Shown here in pieces: positions 1-11,555 of a stretch of 16,012 nucleotides of DNA. The translations under genes were made by a program, and so were the position numbers. The DNA lies in contig JBIOTN010000177.1 of the NCBI GenBank assembly GCA_044866005.1, positions 1-16,012 on the forward strand, given 5' to 3'. This DNA is from Candidatus Rokuibacteriota bacterium (lineage in GTDB: Bacteria > Methylomirabilota > Methylomirabilia > Rokubacteriales > DASRDR01). The notes beneath the pieces are model-generated. The model did not search any database. It was given only the letters and a program-made list of their open reading frames with translations, and was not told where the DNA came from. Within the stretch, counting starts at the first letter, position 1; each line of letters starts with the position of its first letter.

Positions 1-202
1 CGTCGGGATCGCGGGTCGAGATGGAAGGGCTGCGCCCGCTCCCCCACTCGCCGAACACCGGGAGCCCCCGGACCTCGAGCGCGCGCCGGGCGGCGTCGAG
101 CGCCTCGGCCGTGCGCCCGATCCGGAACGCGATGTGATAGAGACCCGGCGCACCCGCCGCCGGCGCGGCGGCGTCCGAGCCACGCCCGGGGGCGGGTGTC
201 AT
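1..202 (-). pseudogene. VOC/glyoxalase-family protein, C-terminal half only (N-terminal module absent; runs off the window's left edge)
   Basis: Manual translation of the minus strand from ATG at 202: MTPAPGRGSDAAAPAAGAPGLYHIAFRIGRTAEALDAARRALEVRGLPVFGEWGSGRSPSISTRDPD. GLYHIAF and the terminal DPD(G) are typical of the second VOC module. The in-frame sequence upstream of 202 is antisense to the permease and is not VOC-like. Not in the ORF track. Confidence 0.65.
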
Positions 203-1019
203 GAGCGAGCGGACCCGGATCCAGCTCTGGCGACTGGCCATCCTGGTCGTGACGCTCGGGCTGTGGGAAGGGTTGACGCACCCGGCCGTCACCAAAGCCG
301 TCTCGCGCATCGTCTACTTCGTGGACCCCTTCTTCATCAGCCGGCCCTCGACCATCTGGGCCCGGTTCTGGCAGCTCAACTCGGCGGCCGCGCGCGTGCC
401 GCTCTGGCAGCTCTTGCTCTCGACGCTCGAGTCGACCGCGCTCGGCTTCGCCGTCGGGGTCTCCAGCGGCTTCGTCGCGGGGCTCGTCCTGGGGCGGCAC
501 GAGCGGCTCGCTCTGATCTTCGAGCCGTACATCGTGGCGCTGAACTCGCTGCCCCGGATCGCGCTCGTCCCGCTGGTGACGATGGTCTTCGGCTTCGGCC
601 TCGCCGCCAAGGTCGTCCTCGCCTGGCTCATCGTCTTCTTCATCGTCTTCTTCAACACGTTCCAGGGGGCGCGGGCCGTGGACCCCGACCTGGTCCACTC
701 CGCCCGGTTCCTCGGCGCGTCGGAGCGCCAGGTCATGCGGACAGTCGTGGTGCCATCCGCGCTGGCCTGGACGTTCGCGTCGCTCACGCCCTCCGTCTCC
801 TTTGCCCTGATCGGCGTCGTGATCGGCGAGTTCATCGGCGGGGAATCCGGCGGCGGGATCGGCTACCTCATCATCGCCTCGCTCGGCACGCTGAACGCCG
901 CGGACATGATGGTGGCGCTGATCGTGCTGGCGGCGACGGGCATCGTGCTCGCCGTCGGGATCCGGCGGGTCGAGGCGCGCCTGCTCCGCTGGCGGCCGGA
1001 GTACCAGGCGCGGGCCTGA
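201..1019 (+). CDS. ABC transporter permease, NitT/TauT (SsuC/TauC-like) family
   Basis: 272 aa with several hydrophobic segments, the motif NSLPRIALVPL, an EAA-loop equivalent (DPDLVHSARFLGAS...VVVPSALAW) and ALIGVVIGEFIGG...GIGYLI. Confidence 0.9.
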   Translation: MSERTRIQLWRLAILVVTLGLWEGLTHPAVTKAVSRIVYFVDPFFISRPSTIWARFWQLNSAAARVPLWQLLLSTLESTALGFAVGVSSGFVAGLVLGRHERLALIFEPYIVALNSLPRIALVPLVTMVFGFGLAAKVVLAWLIVFFIVFFNTFQGARAVDPDLVHSARFLGASERQVMRTVVVPSALAWTFASLTPSVSFALIGVVIGEFIGGESGGGIGYLIIASLGTLNAADMMVALIVLAATGIVLAVGIRRVEARLLRWRPEYQARA

Positions 1020-3025
1020 CCCGGCCCCCCGGACCGAACCCGGCCCGGCCGGCCGCCACGGCCCGCCCGGCCCCGGCGCGGCCCGAGGACGCGCGGGGCT
1101 GGCGCGACGCGATCGCGGTCACGGTCCTGCTCCTTGCCGCGGCGGTCGTGCTGACGTGGCCGCTCGCCGCTCGGCTCCGATCCGCCGCCATCGATCTCGG
1201 CGACCCACTCCTCAACAGCTGGATCCTCGCCTGGGACCTCCACGCGTTTCGCCACGCGCCCCTCCACATCTTCGACGCCAACATCTTCCACCCGCACCGT
1301 CGGACCCTCGCCTTCTCGGACCACCTGCTCGGGCTCGTCCCGCTCGCCGCACCCGTCGCCCTGGCCGGCGGCGGGCCCGTGCTCCGCCACAACGCCGTCC
1401 TGCTGGCCACCTTTCCCCTGGCCGGCCTGACGATGTTCCTCCTCGTCCGCCACCTCACGGGCCACGCGGGCGCCGCCGGCGTGGCCGGGGTCCTCTACGC
1501 GTTCTCGCACTATCGCTTCGGCCACCTCGGTCACGTGCAGCTCCTGAGTCACCAGTGGCTCCCGCTCCTCCTGCTCGGGCTCCATCGGGTGGTGACCGGC
1601 GGCGGCCGGTGGCGAAACTGGGCGCTCGCCGCGGGGGCCTTCGCCCTCCAGGCGCTCTCGTCCGGGTACCATGCCTACTTCTCGGCCTTCGCCGTCGTCC
1701 TCTTCGTCCTCTGGGTCGGGGGGCCCGCCGGTCGCCCGGCCCTCGGGCGGCTCACGCGCCGCGGCCTGCTCGTCGGCGGCATCGTGACCCTGATCCTCCT
1801 CCCGGCCTTCCTCCCGTACTACCGCGTCCGCGCGGAGATCGGCCTCACGCGTGCGCGGAGCGAGCTCGCGCTCTACTCGGCGCGACCCACCTCCTACCTC
1901 GCCGCGCCGCCGGCCAACCGCTGGCTCGGCGAGTTGACGGGATCGCTCCGCTCGCCCGAGGGCGCGCTCGTCCCCGGCGCGGTGCTGCTCGCGCTCGCCG
2001 CGGTCGGACTCGTCACCGAGCTCGCGCGGCCGGCGAGGGGCCAGGCTGCCGCCCCCGGGGCGCAGGAAGCCGCGGCAGGCCGCCGCCGCTGGCTCCGGTG
2101 GATCGATCCGCTCCTCGCCGGCTACCTGCTCCTGACGCTCGCCAACGCGTGCGTCGTCGGCGGCTTCGCCGTCCGGCTGGGACCGCTTCGCCTCTCGCAA
2201 CGGCATTTCGAGGGCGCGGTCGGGCTCATCCTCCTCGCCCTCGCCCTGCGGCGCCTCCTCCACGGACGCCCGGTGCCGCTGCCGGGACTCGGCTGGCTCC
2301 GCCGCCTGGGCTGGCCGCACCCGGCTGGCTACTACGTCGGGCTCACCGCGCTGGCCGTCCTCTGCTCCTTCGGGCCGGCGCTCGTCGTCGACGGCGTCCT
2401 GGTGGCGCGTCCCCTCTACGACCAGCTTCACAAGCGCGTGCCGGGCTTCGACGCGCTACGCGTTCCCGCGCGCTTCGCGATCCTCGTCACCACGGGGCTC
2501 GCGGTCCTGGCCGGCTACGGGGTCGCCGCGCTCGCGCGTGGGCTCGGGCGGCACGGGCGCCGGGTGGCGGTCGTGGCGCTCGGCGGCCTGGCGGTGGTCG
2601 AGGCCTGGTCGGTGCCGCTCCCGTTCGTCGACGCCCCCGGCGACTTCGGGCCCGCGACCCGCTGGCTCGCCGCAGTCGGGTCGCCAGGAGCGGTCGTGGA
2701 GCTCCCCATGTACCGGGAGGCCCAGTGGGAGACGCGACGCATGCTCGCCTCGACGACCCACTGGCGACCGCTCGTGAACGGCTACAGCGGCGCCTTCCCG
2801 TCCGACTACGCGCAGACGGTGGAGCTCCTGAACGAGTTCCCCGCCCCCGGGGCCGTGGGCCGCCTGCGCGCGCTCGGCGTGCGCTTCGTGGTGGCGGACC
2901 GCGGGCAATACGCGGAGGAGACCCGGCAGCGGCTCGAGCCCGCCCTGCGCGGCGCGGTGCCCGGCGTGACGGTGGCCGCGGCGTTCGGGGAGACCGTCAT
3001 CCTGGAGGTGAGCCGGGGCCCCTAG
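1016..3025 (+). CDS. Large polytopic membrane protein, probably a GT-C-fold/YfhO-like glycosyltransferase-related protein; start uncertain
   Basis: 3' part of the 134..3025 ORF. Many TM segments, an N-terminal loop GDPLLNSWILAW...FDANIFHP...TLAFSDH, RVPARF, and a C-terminal soluble domain (HWRPLVNGYSG). A possible CTG start at 1016 overlaps the permease TGA (CTGA); the next in-frame GTG is at 1148. The family call is from motif resemblance only. Confidence 0.6.
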   Translation: MTRPPGPNPARPAATARPAPARPEDARGWRDAIAVTVLLLAAAVVLTWPLAARLRSAAIDLGDPLLNSWILAWDLHAFRHAPLHIFDANIFHPHRRTLAFSDHLLGLVPLAAPVALAGGGPVLRHNAVLLATFPLAGLTMFLLVRHLTGHAGAAGVAGVLYAFSHYRFGHLGHVQLLSHQWLPLLLLGLHRVVTGGGRWRNWALAAGAFALQALSSGYHAYFSAFAVVLFVLWVGGPAGRPALGRLTRRGLLVGGIVTLILLPAFLPYYRVRAEIGLTRARSELALYSARPTSYLAAPPANRWLGELTGSLRSPEGALVPGAVLLALAAVGLVTELARPARGQAAAPGAQEAAAGRRRWLRWIDPLLAGYLLLTLANACVVGGFAVRLGPLRLSQRHFEGAVGLILLALALRRLLHGRPVPLPGLGWLRRLGWPHPAGYYVGLTALAVLCSFGPALVVDGVLVARPLYDQLHKRVPGFDALRVPARFAILVTTGLAVLAGYGVAALARGLGRHGRRVAVVALGGLAVVEAWSVPLPFVDAPGDFGPATRWLAAVGSPGAVVELPMYREAQWETRRMLASTTHWRPLVNGYSGAFPSDYAQTVELLNEFPAPGAVGRLRALGVRFVVADRGQYAEETRQRLEPALRGAVPGVTVAAAFGETVILEVSRGP

Positions 3026-3033
3026 TCGCTTCC

Positions 3034-3112
3034 GGGGGATCTCGGAAGACTCCCCCTGCCCCCTCTAAGGGCCGCATGGGTGGGCCGGCGGCAACGCCGC
3101 CGCTCGGAGCGC
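3034..3112. repeat. Intergenic REP-like hairpin cluster between convergent genes
   Basis: GGGGGATCTCGGAAGACTCCCCC (3034-3056) and hairpin CGGCGGC-AAC-GCCGCCG (3086-3102). CGCTCGGAGCGC (3101-3112) is the exact reverse complement of 15298-15309. Confidence 0.5.
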
Positions 3113-3168
3113 CCCCCGCAGTTAACCCGACGACCCCCTAGACCCTCGGAGGGCGGCGCGGCGCGTTC

Positions 3169-3714
3169 TCAGCGATCGAGGACGGATTCCCGCAACACGC
3201 CGACCAGCGGCAGGTTGCGGTACCGTTCCTGGTAGTCCAGGCCGTAGCCGACGACGAAGTCGGCCGGCAGCTCGAAGGCGTGGTAATCGACCGGCAGGTC
3301 GATGATGCGCTGGGTGCGCTTGTTGAGGAACGCGCAGACCCGGAGCGAGCGCGGCTGCCGGGTCCGGAAGTTCCGCAAGAGGTAGGAGAGCGTGAGGCCG
3401 GTGTCGATGATGCCCTCGACCACGATCACGTCCCGGCCCTCGATGTTCTGGTCGAGGTCCTTGCGGATCCGCACGACGCCGGACGCGGTGCGCGGGCCGT
3501 AACCGGCGACGGAGACGAAGTCCACGACCACCGGCACCTGGAGGGCGCGGACGAGGTCCGCCAAGAAGACGACCGCGCTCTTCAAGACGCCGACCAGGAC
3601 GGGCGTGGTCGCCGGGTAGTCGGCAGCGATCTCGCGGGCGACGCGCGTGACCTGGGCGCGGATCGCCTCGGGCTCGAGGAGCACCGCCGCCAGGTCGTCC
3701 GCTAGCTCAGGCAT
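3169..3714 (-). CDS. hpt: Hypoxanthine phosphoribosyltransferase-like protein with degenerate active-site motifs
   Basis: 181 aa from ATG 3714 (MPELADDL...). Hpt-family motifs GVLKSA, GRDVIVVEGIIDTGLTL and FVVGYGLDYQERYRNLP. The ORF is open upstream to 3864 and beyond, so the start is not certain. Confidence 0.8.
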   Translation of the reverse strand: MPELADDLAAVLLEPEAIRAQVTRVAREIAADYPATTPVLVGVLKSAVVFLADLVRALQVPVVVDFVSVAGYGPRTASGVVRIRKDLDQNIEGRDVIVVEGIIDTGLTLSYLLRNFRTRQPRSLRVCAFLNKRTQRIIDLPVDYHAFELPADFVVGYGLDYQERYRNLPLVGVLRESVLDR

Positions 3715-3863
3715 GTCCGCCGCACCGAGAACCGCGCGCAAGGGCGCGCGGCGTTCTCCACTCCCGCCGGGGGAGGCAGGCCCGATCCCTTCGCCGCCGC
3801 GGCCGGGACGCCGTCCCGGCCGCCAATCGATCAGAAGGGCCGAGGCTGGCGCCGGGAGGGCCA

Positions 3864-3890
3864 TCGGAGGGGGGCAGCGCCCCCCTCCGA
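3864..3890. repeat. REP-like perfect palindrome TCGGAGGGGGGC-AGC-GCCCCCCTCCGA
   Basis: 12-bp perfect inverted repeat with a 3-nt loop; near-identical copy at 15347-15374. Confidence 0.8.
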
Positions 3891-3897
3891 AGGAGGG

Positions 3898-4269
3898 CTA
3901 CTGGCACGGCCACCCGAAGCGGCGGGCCAGCGCCACGTAGTCCCGCCGCCGCAGGAGCTTGATCCGCACCTCGGGATGGCAGGCCTGGAGCTTCCGGAGC
4001 TTCCGGTGCTTCCGCGTGGCCAGCCGCTGCTGCCTGGTGGTCAGCTCGATGTAGAGGTCCTCGGCCGGCAGGTAGAAGTCGGGCGTGAAGGCCTCCGTGA
4101 TCCGGCCCCCGCCGTCCCGCGCGAGCGCGAAGGTCGTGGGCTCGTAGCGCCACTCGATCCCGTAATAGGTCAGGAGGGCCGCGAGCTGGCGCTCGCTCGG
4201 GTGGTTGAAGGGGCGGGCAGGGCGCGGCGCCTCGGGCTCGCCGCCGGTCGGTGGCCGGCGCGGGATCAC
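3898..4269 (-). CDS. Small PD-(D/E)XK nuclease-fold-like hypothetical protein (123 aa)
   Basis: GTG start at 4269 overlaps the pyrE TGA (GTGA). The sequence FNHPSERQLAALLTYYGIEWRYEP...FTPDFYLPAEDLYIELT fits the SxxE...YEP...PDF...IE pattern of restriction-endonuclease-like folds. Confidence 0.75.
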   Translation of the reverse strand: MIPRRPPTGGEPEAPRPARPFNHPSERQLAALLTYYGIEWRYEPTTFALARDGGGRITEAFTPDFYLPAEDLYIELTTRQQRLATRKHRKLRKLQACHPEVRIKLLRRRDYVALARRFGWPCQ

Positions 4270-4856
4270 GCCATGCCCGTCGGCCGGCTGCCCGGCTTGA
4301 CGATCGGCACGCCGCTCCGGCACATCGGGCACAGGGCGGCCTCGTAGGCGGGGACCGTCAGGTGGAGGAGCGCCTCGAACGGCTGATCGAACCGGGCCCC
4401 GCCACCACTGCGGTCCACGAGCGCCCCGACGCCGACGACGGCGGCCCCGGCGGCCTCGACGGCGGCGATGACCTCGCGGGTGGAGCCTCCCGTGGTCACG
4501 ACATCCTCCACGACCAGGCACCGGTCCTTCTCGTCCAGGCTGAAGCCGCGCCGCAGGGTCATCCGGCCCTCCTCGCGCTCGGTGAACAGGGCGCGGACGC
4601 CGATGGCGCGGGCGACCTCGTGCGCCACCAGGATGCCGCCGACGGCGGGCGCCACCACCGTGGAGGTCGGGGTGCCGCGAAACCGGCGGGCCAGCTCCCG
4701 CGCCAGCCGCTCGGCGTCCTCAGGGAACTGCAGCACCAGGGCGGACTGCAGATAGATCCCGGAGTGGAGTCCGGACGTGAGGCGGAAGTGCCCGCGAAGC
4801 AGCGCGCCTCTCGACTCGTAGAGGCGAGAGACATCGACCTCCCCGAGCGCGGTCAC
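4266..4856 (-). CDS. pyrE: Orotate phosphoribosyltransferase
   Basis: GHFRLTSGLHS, PRPP motif LVVEDVVTTGGS, LVDRS, C-terminal CPMC...KPGSR. GTG start overlaps the pyrF stop. Confidence 0.95.
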   Translation of the reverse strand: MTALGEVDVSRLYESRGALLRGHFRLTSGLHSGIYLQSALVLQFPEDAERLARELARRFRGTPTSTVVAPAVGGILVAHEVARAIGVRALFTEREEGRMTLRRGFSLDEKDRCLVVEDVVTTGGSTREVIAAVEAAGAAVVGVGALVDRSGGGARFDQPFEALLHLTVPAYEAALCPMCRSGVPIVKPGSRPTGMA

Positions 4857-5568
4857 GTGTCGGCCCGTGCGAGCTCCGCGACGATCGCCGCCGCCGCCGC
4901 CGCCGGGTCGGGCGCCGCCGTGATCGGGCGTCCGACCACGACGTAGTCGGCCCCCGCCCGCCGGGCCGCCTCGGCGGTCGCCACCCGCGCCTGGTCGTCG
5001 GCGTCCGCCGCCGCGGGCCGGATCCCGGGCGTGACGATGAGCCAGCCCGGCCCCATCGTCGCGCGGAGCCGGCGGGCCTCCCGGGGCGAGGCGACCGTGC
5101 CATCGCAGCCCGAGGCGCGGGCGAGATCCGCCAGGTGGAGGACGTGGCCCTCGACGGCGAGCGGCACCTGGAGCTCACGCTGGAGCGCGGCGCGGCCGAG
5201 GCTCGTCAGCACGGTGACCGCGACGATGCGCGGGCGCTCCCGGCCCCCCTCCCCCGCCGCCTGCGCCGCGGCGCGCAGCATCTCGGCGCCGCCCGCGGCG
5301 TGGACCGTGAGCATCGCCACGCCGAGCCGCGCGGCCTCGCGCACGGCCCCCGCCACCTGCGCCGGGATGTCGTGGTACTTGAGGTCGAGGAACACCCGGG
5401 CCCCCCGCTTCTGGACGAGCTCCACGGCGGCGGGGCCGGCGGCGGTGAAGAGCTGGACGCCGACCTTGAACGTCGAGACCACGCCGGCGAGGCGGCCGAG
5501 CAGCGCCTCCGCCTCGCCGGGGCCCGCGACGTCCAGGGCGACGATCAGGCGGTCCCGCGGCTCGAGGC

Positions 5569-5572
<4 letters not shown>
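4853..5572 (-). CDS. pyrF: Orotidine-5'-phosphate decarboxylase
   Basis: C-terminal 239 aa of the 4853..7414 [47 protein letters not shown] start at 5572 overlaps the carB TGA. Confidence 0.95.
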
Positions 5573-8781
<3,209 letters not shown>

Positions 8782-8852
8782 CCTACCCTCTCCCGCCGGG
8801 CCGGGACCCGAGCAGATCAGGACGCCGAGATGCGACGGGCATCGGCACGGGG

Positions 8853-9122
8853 TTACCGGTCCTCGAGAAGACCGTACACGATCGACACCTCCGGCGGCGC
8901 CTCCTCCCGCTTGACGAGGAACTCGACCAGGCGGCTGGACCCGAGCCAGCGGACCTCCCCGGAGCCCGCGAGCTTCTCTCCGAAGACGGAGAGCCGCTTC
9001 TCCACCCGCTCGCGGACGGCGTGCGCCTCGAGCGACGCGTCCGATTCCGACGTGAAGGACGCCCACTCGGGCTTCTGGCCGGGCTCGTCGGTCTTCCGGT
9101 AGGCGATGAAGTAACGCGGCAT
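8853..9122 (-). CDS. Hypothetical protein (89 aa) between carA and carB
   Basis: ATG 4 nt after the carA stop, with purine-rich GAGAGGCAGGTGA upstream. Normal amino-acid composition and GC3-biased codons, unlike the shadow ORFs. Confidence 0.7.
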   Translation of the reverse strand: MPRYFIAYRKTDEPGQKPEWASFTSESDASLEAHAVRERVEKRLSVFGEKLAGSGEVRWLGSSRLVEFLVKREEAPPEVSIVYGLLEDR

Positions 9123-9126
9123 CCGG

Positions 9127-10254
9127 TCACCTGCCTCTCGTGTGGTCCATGAGGTCTGCGAACCGACGGAAGAGGTAGTGCGCGTCGTGCGGCCCCGGCG
9201 ACGCCTCCGGGTGGTACTGCACGGAGAAGACGGGCAGGCTCCGGTGCCGGAGCCCTTCGCACGTCCCGTCGTTGAGGTTCACGTGGGTCACCTCGAGCCC
9301 CTGCGGCGGGCAGGAGTCGGGATCCACGGCGAAGCCGTGGTTCTGCGAGGTGATCTCGACGCGGCCGGAGGCGAGGTCCTTGACCGGGTGGTTCGCCCCG
9401 TGGTGCCCGAACGGCAGCTTGTAGGTGCGGCCGCCGAGCGCGAGCGCGAGGATCTGATGGCCCAGGCAGATGCCGAAGACCGGGAGCCGGCCGACCAGCC
9501 GGCGGACCGCTTCCGCGAGGTAGGGCACGCCCTCGGGGTCCCCCGGCCCGTTGGCGAGGAAGAGCCCGTCCGGCTCGAGGGCGAGGACCTCGTCCGCCGT
9601 GGCGAAGGCCGGCACGACGGTGACGCGACAGCCGAGCCCCACGAGCTGCCGCAGGATGTTCCGCTTCACCCCGGAGTCGAAGGCGACGACGTGCCACCGC
9701 GGCGCCGGGGGCTTCCCGTAGCCATCCTCCCGCGACCATACGGACTCCGCCCACTGGTAGGCCGTCTGGCACGTCACCTCCTTCACGAGGTCGCGCCCGA
9801 CGAGGCCGGGGGCGGCCCTGGCCTTGGCCACGAGCCGCGCGGGATCCAGCTCGCCCGTCGCGATCACACCGTCCTGGGCGCCGTGGTCGCGCAGGTGGCG
9901 GGTCAGGGCGCGCGTGTCGATGCCCTGGATCGCGACGATGCCGTGCGCGGCGAGGTAGGCGTCGAGCGGCTGGGTCGCCCGCCAGGAGGAGGGGAGCGCG
10001 GAGGCCTCGCGGACGATGAAGCCCTCGACCCACGGGCGGGAGGACTCCACGTCCTCGGGGTTCACGCCCGTGTTCCCGACGTGGGGGGCCGTCATGCAGA
10101 CGAGCTGGCCCTTGTACGAGGGATCGGTCAGGACTTCCTGGTAGCCCGTCATGGCCGTGTTGAAGACGACCTCGCCGATCGCCTCGCCACGGGCGCCGAA
10201 GGCCTCGCCCTCGAACACCCGCCCGTCGGCCAGTGCGAGCACCGCCCGGCTCAT
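9127..10254 (-). CDS. carA: Carbamoyl-phosphate synthase small (glutaminase) subunit
   Basis: [25 protein letters not shown], catalytic GICLGHQ and QYHPEA. ATG overlaps the pyrC TGA (ATGA). Confidence 0.98.
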   Translation of the reverse strand: MSRAVLALADGRVFEGEAFGARGEAIGEVVFNTAMTGYQEVLTDPSYKGQLVCMTAPHVGNTGVNPEDVESSRPWVEGFIVREASALPSSWRATQPLDAYLAAHGIVAIQGIDTRALTRHLRDHGAQDGVIATGELDPARLVAKARAAPGLVGRDLVKEVTCQTAYQWAESVWSREDGYGKPPAPRWHVVAFDSGVKRNILRQLVGLGCRVTVVPAFATADEVLALEPDGLFLANGPGDPEGVPYLAEAVRRLVGRLPVFGICLGHQILALALGGRTYKLPFGHHGANHPVKDLASGRVEITSQNHGFAVDPDSCPPQGLEVTHVNLNDGTCEGLRHRSLPVFSVQYHPEASPGPHDAHYLFRRFADLMDHTRGR

Positions 10255-11555
10255 CGCGCGATTCCGCCTTTGATGACGCGCTCCCACATGACCACGCGGC
10301 CACCGACGACCGTCATCCAGGGCAGCCCGACGCACCGCCAGCCGCCGAAGGGCGTATTCCGGCCTTTGGAGTGGAAACGGGCAGGATCGATGGCGTGTTC
10401 CCGCTCCAGGTCGAGGATCGTGACGTCGCCCGGGGCGCCCGGAGTCAGGCTGCCCCCCGGAAGGTCGAGGACCCGGGCCGGGCCGACGGTGAAGCGGGCG
10501 ACCAGCGTCGGCAGATCCAGCACCCCCTCGCGGACGAGGTGGGTCAGGCACAGCGCCACGGCCGTCTCCAGGCCGACGATGCCGTTGGCCGCGCGATCCA
10601 GCTCGACCTCCTTGTCGGCGAGCGCGTGGGGGGCGTGGTCCGTCGCGATCGCGTCGAGCGTCCCGTCCGCCAGCGCCTCGCGGCAGGCATCGACGTCACG
10701 CTTCGACCGCAGCGGCGGGGCCATCTTCGCGTTCGCGTCGTAGCTGCGCATCGCCTCGTCGGTGAGCAGCAGGTGGTGCGGGGTCACCTCGCCCGTCACC
10801 GGCACGCCGCGGGCTTTCGCCTCCCGGAGGAGCCGCACGGCGGCGGCCGTCGAGACGTGGGCGACGTGGAGGCGGTGGCCGGTCAGCTCGGCCAGCGCGA
10901 TGTCGCGCGCGACCAGGATCTCTTCCGCGGCCGCGGGGATGCCGCGCAGGCCGAGATCGGTCGAGACGAACCCCTCGTGCATGACCCCGTCTGCGACGAG
11001 CGTCGCGTCCTCGGCATGCGACACGATCGGTTTGCCGAAGGCTTGCGCGTACTCCAGGGCCCGGCGGAGGAGGGCCGAGCTCATGATCGGCCGGCCGTCG
11101 TCGGAGTAGGCGACGCACCCGGCGTCGCCGAGCTCGCCGAGCTCCGCCAGCTCCGTCCCCCGGAGGCCGCGCGTCACGGCGCCGATCGGGTAGACCCGGA
11201 CCACGCCCTCGGCCCGCGCCTGCGCGGTGATGTAATCCGTGACGGCCCGGGTGTCGTTGACCGGCTCGGTGTTCGCCATGCACGCGACGGCCGTGAAGCC
11301 GCCGGCCGCGGCCGCGCGGGTCCCCGTCGCGATCGTCTCCTTGTACTCGAGGCCGGGCTCCCGCAGGTGGACGTGGATGTCGAGGAACCCCGGGGCCACC
11401 ACCCGCCCGGCGGCGTCCACGGTGGCCGTCCCCGCCGGCGCCGTCAGCCCCGGTCCCACCCGGCTCACCAGGCCGTCCAGGATCAGCACGTCCGCCGGGC
11501 CGTCGACGGCGTTCGCGGGGTCGACGACGCGGCCGTTCTTGACCAGGAGGTTCAT
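10251..11555 (-). CDS. pyrC: Dihydroorotase (multifunctional-complex/class I type)
   Basis: [13 protein letters not shown], metal-binding [34 protein letters not shown] overlaps the pyrB stop. Confidence 0.96.
   Translation of the reverse strand: MNLLVKNGRVVDPANAVDGPADVLILDGLVSRVGPGLTAPAGTATVDAAGRVVAPGFLDIHVHLREPGLEYKETIATGTRAAAAGGFTAVACMANTEPVNDTRAVTDYITAQARAEGVVRVYPIGAVTRGLRGTELAELGELGDAGCVAYSDDGRPIMSSALLRRALEYAQAFGKPIVSHAEDATLVADGVMHEGFVSTDLGLRGIPAAAEEILVARDIALAELTGHRLHVAHVSTAAAVRLLREAKARGVPVTGEVTPHHLLLTDEAMRSYDANAKMAPPLRSKRDVDACREALADGTLDAIATDHAPHALADKEVELDRAANGIVGLETAVALCLTHLVREGVLDLPTLVARFTVGPARVLDLPGGSLTPGAPGDVTILDLEREHAIDPARFHSKGRNTPFGGWRCVGLPWMTVVGGRVVMWERVIKGGIAR

Noticed and set aside
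134..1015. N-terminal ~294 aa of the 963-aa ORF
   Set aside because: Arg/Ala/Gly-rich off-frame read of the permease gene; a GC-rich shadow frame.
3026..3168. Possible CRISPR array, tRNA or ncRNA in the intergenic hairpin regions
   Set aside because: No regularly spaced direct repeats, no cas genes and no cloverleaf; better explained as REP-like hairpins.
3864..3900. Pyrrolysine or selenocysteine recoding at the TAG plus hairpin
   Set aside because: Sec uses TGA, there is no pyl evidence in the window, and the hairpin is a dispersed repeat also found at 15347.
3898..4269. Nuclease-like ORF as a TnsA/transposon or prophage remnant
   Set aside because: No TnsB/TnsC, terminal repeats, integrase or compositional shift; the gene is translationally coupled to pyrE.
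8782..8852. Imperfect hairpin before carB as a second PyrR site or terminator
   Set aside because: No UUUAA or CNGNGA consensus and no U-tract.
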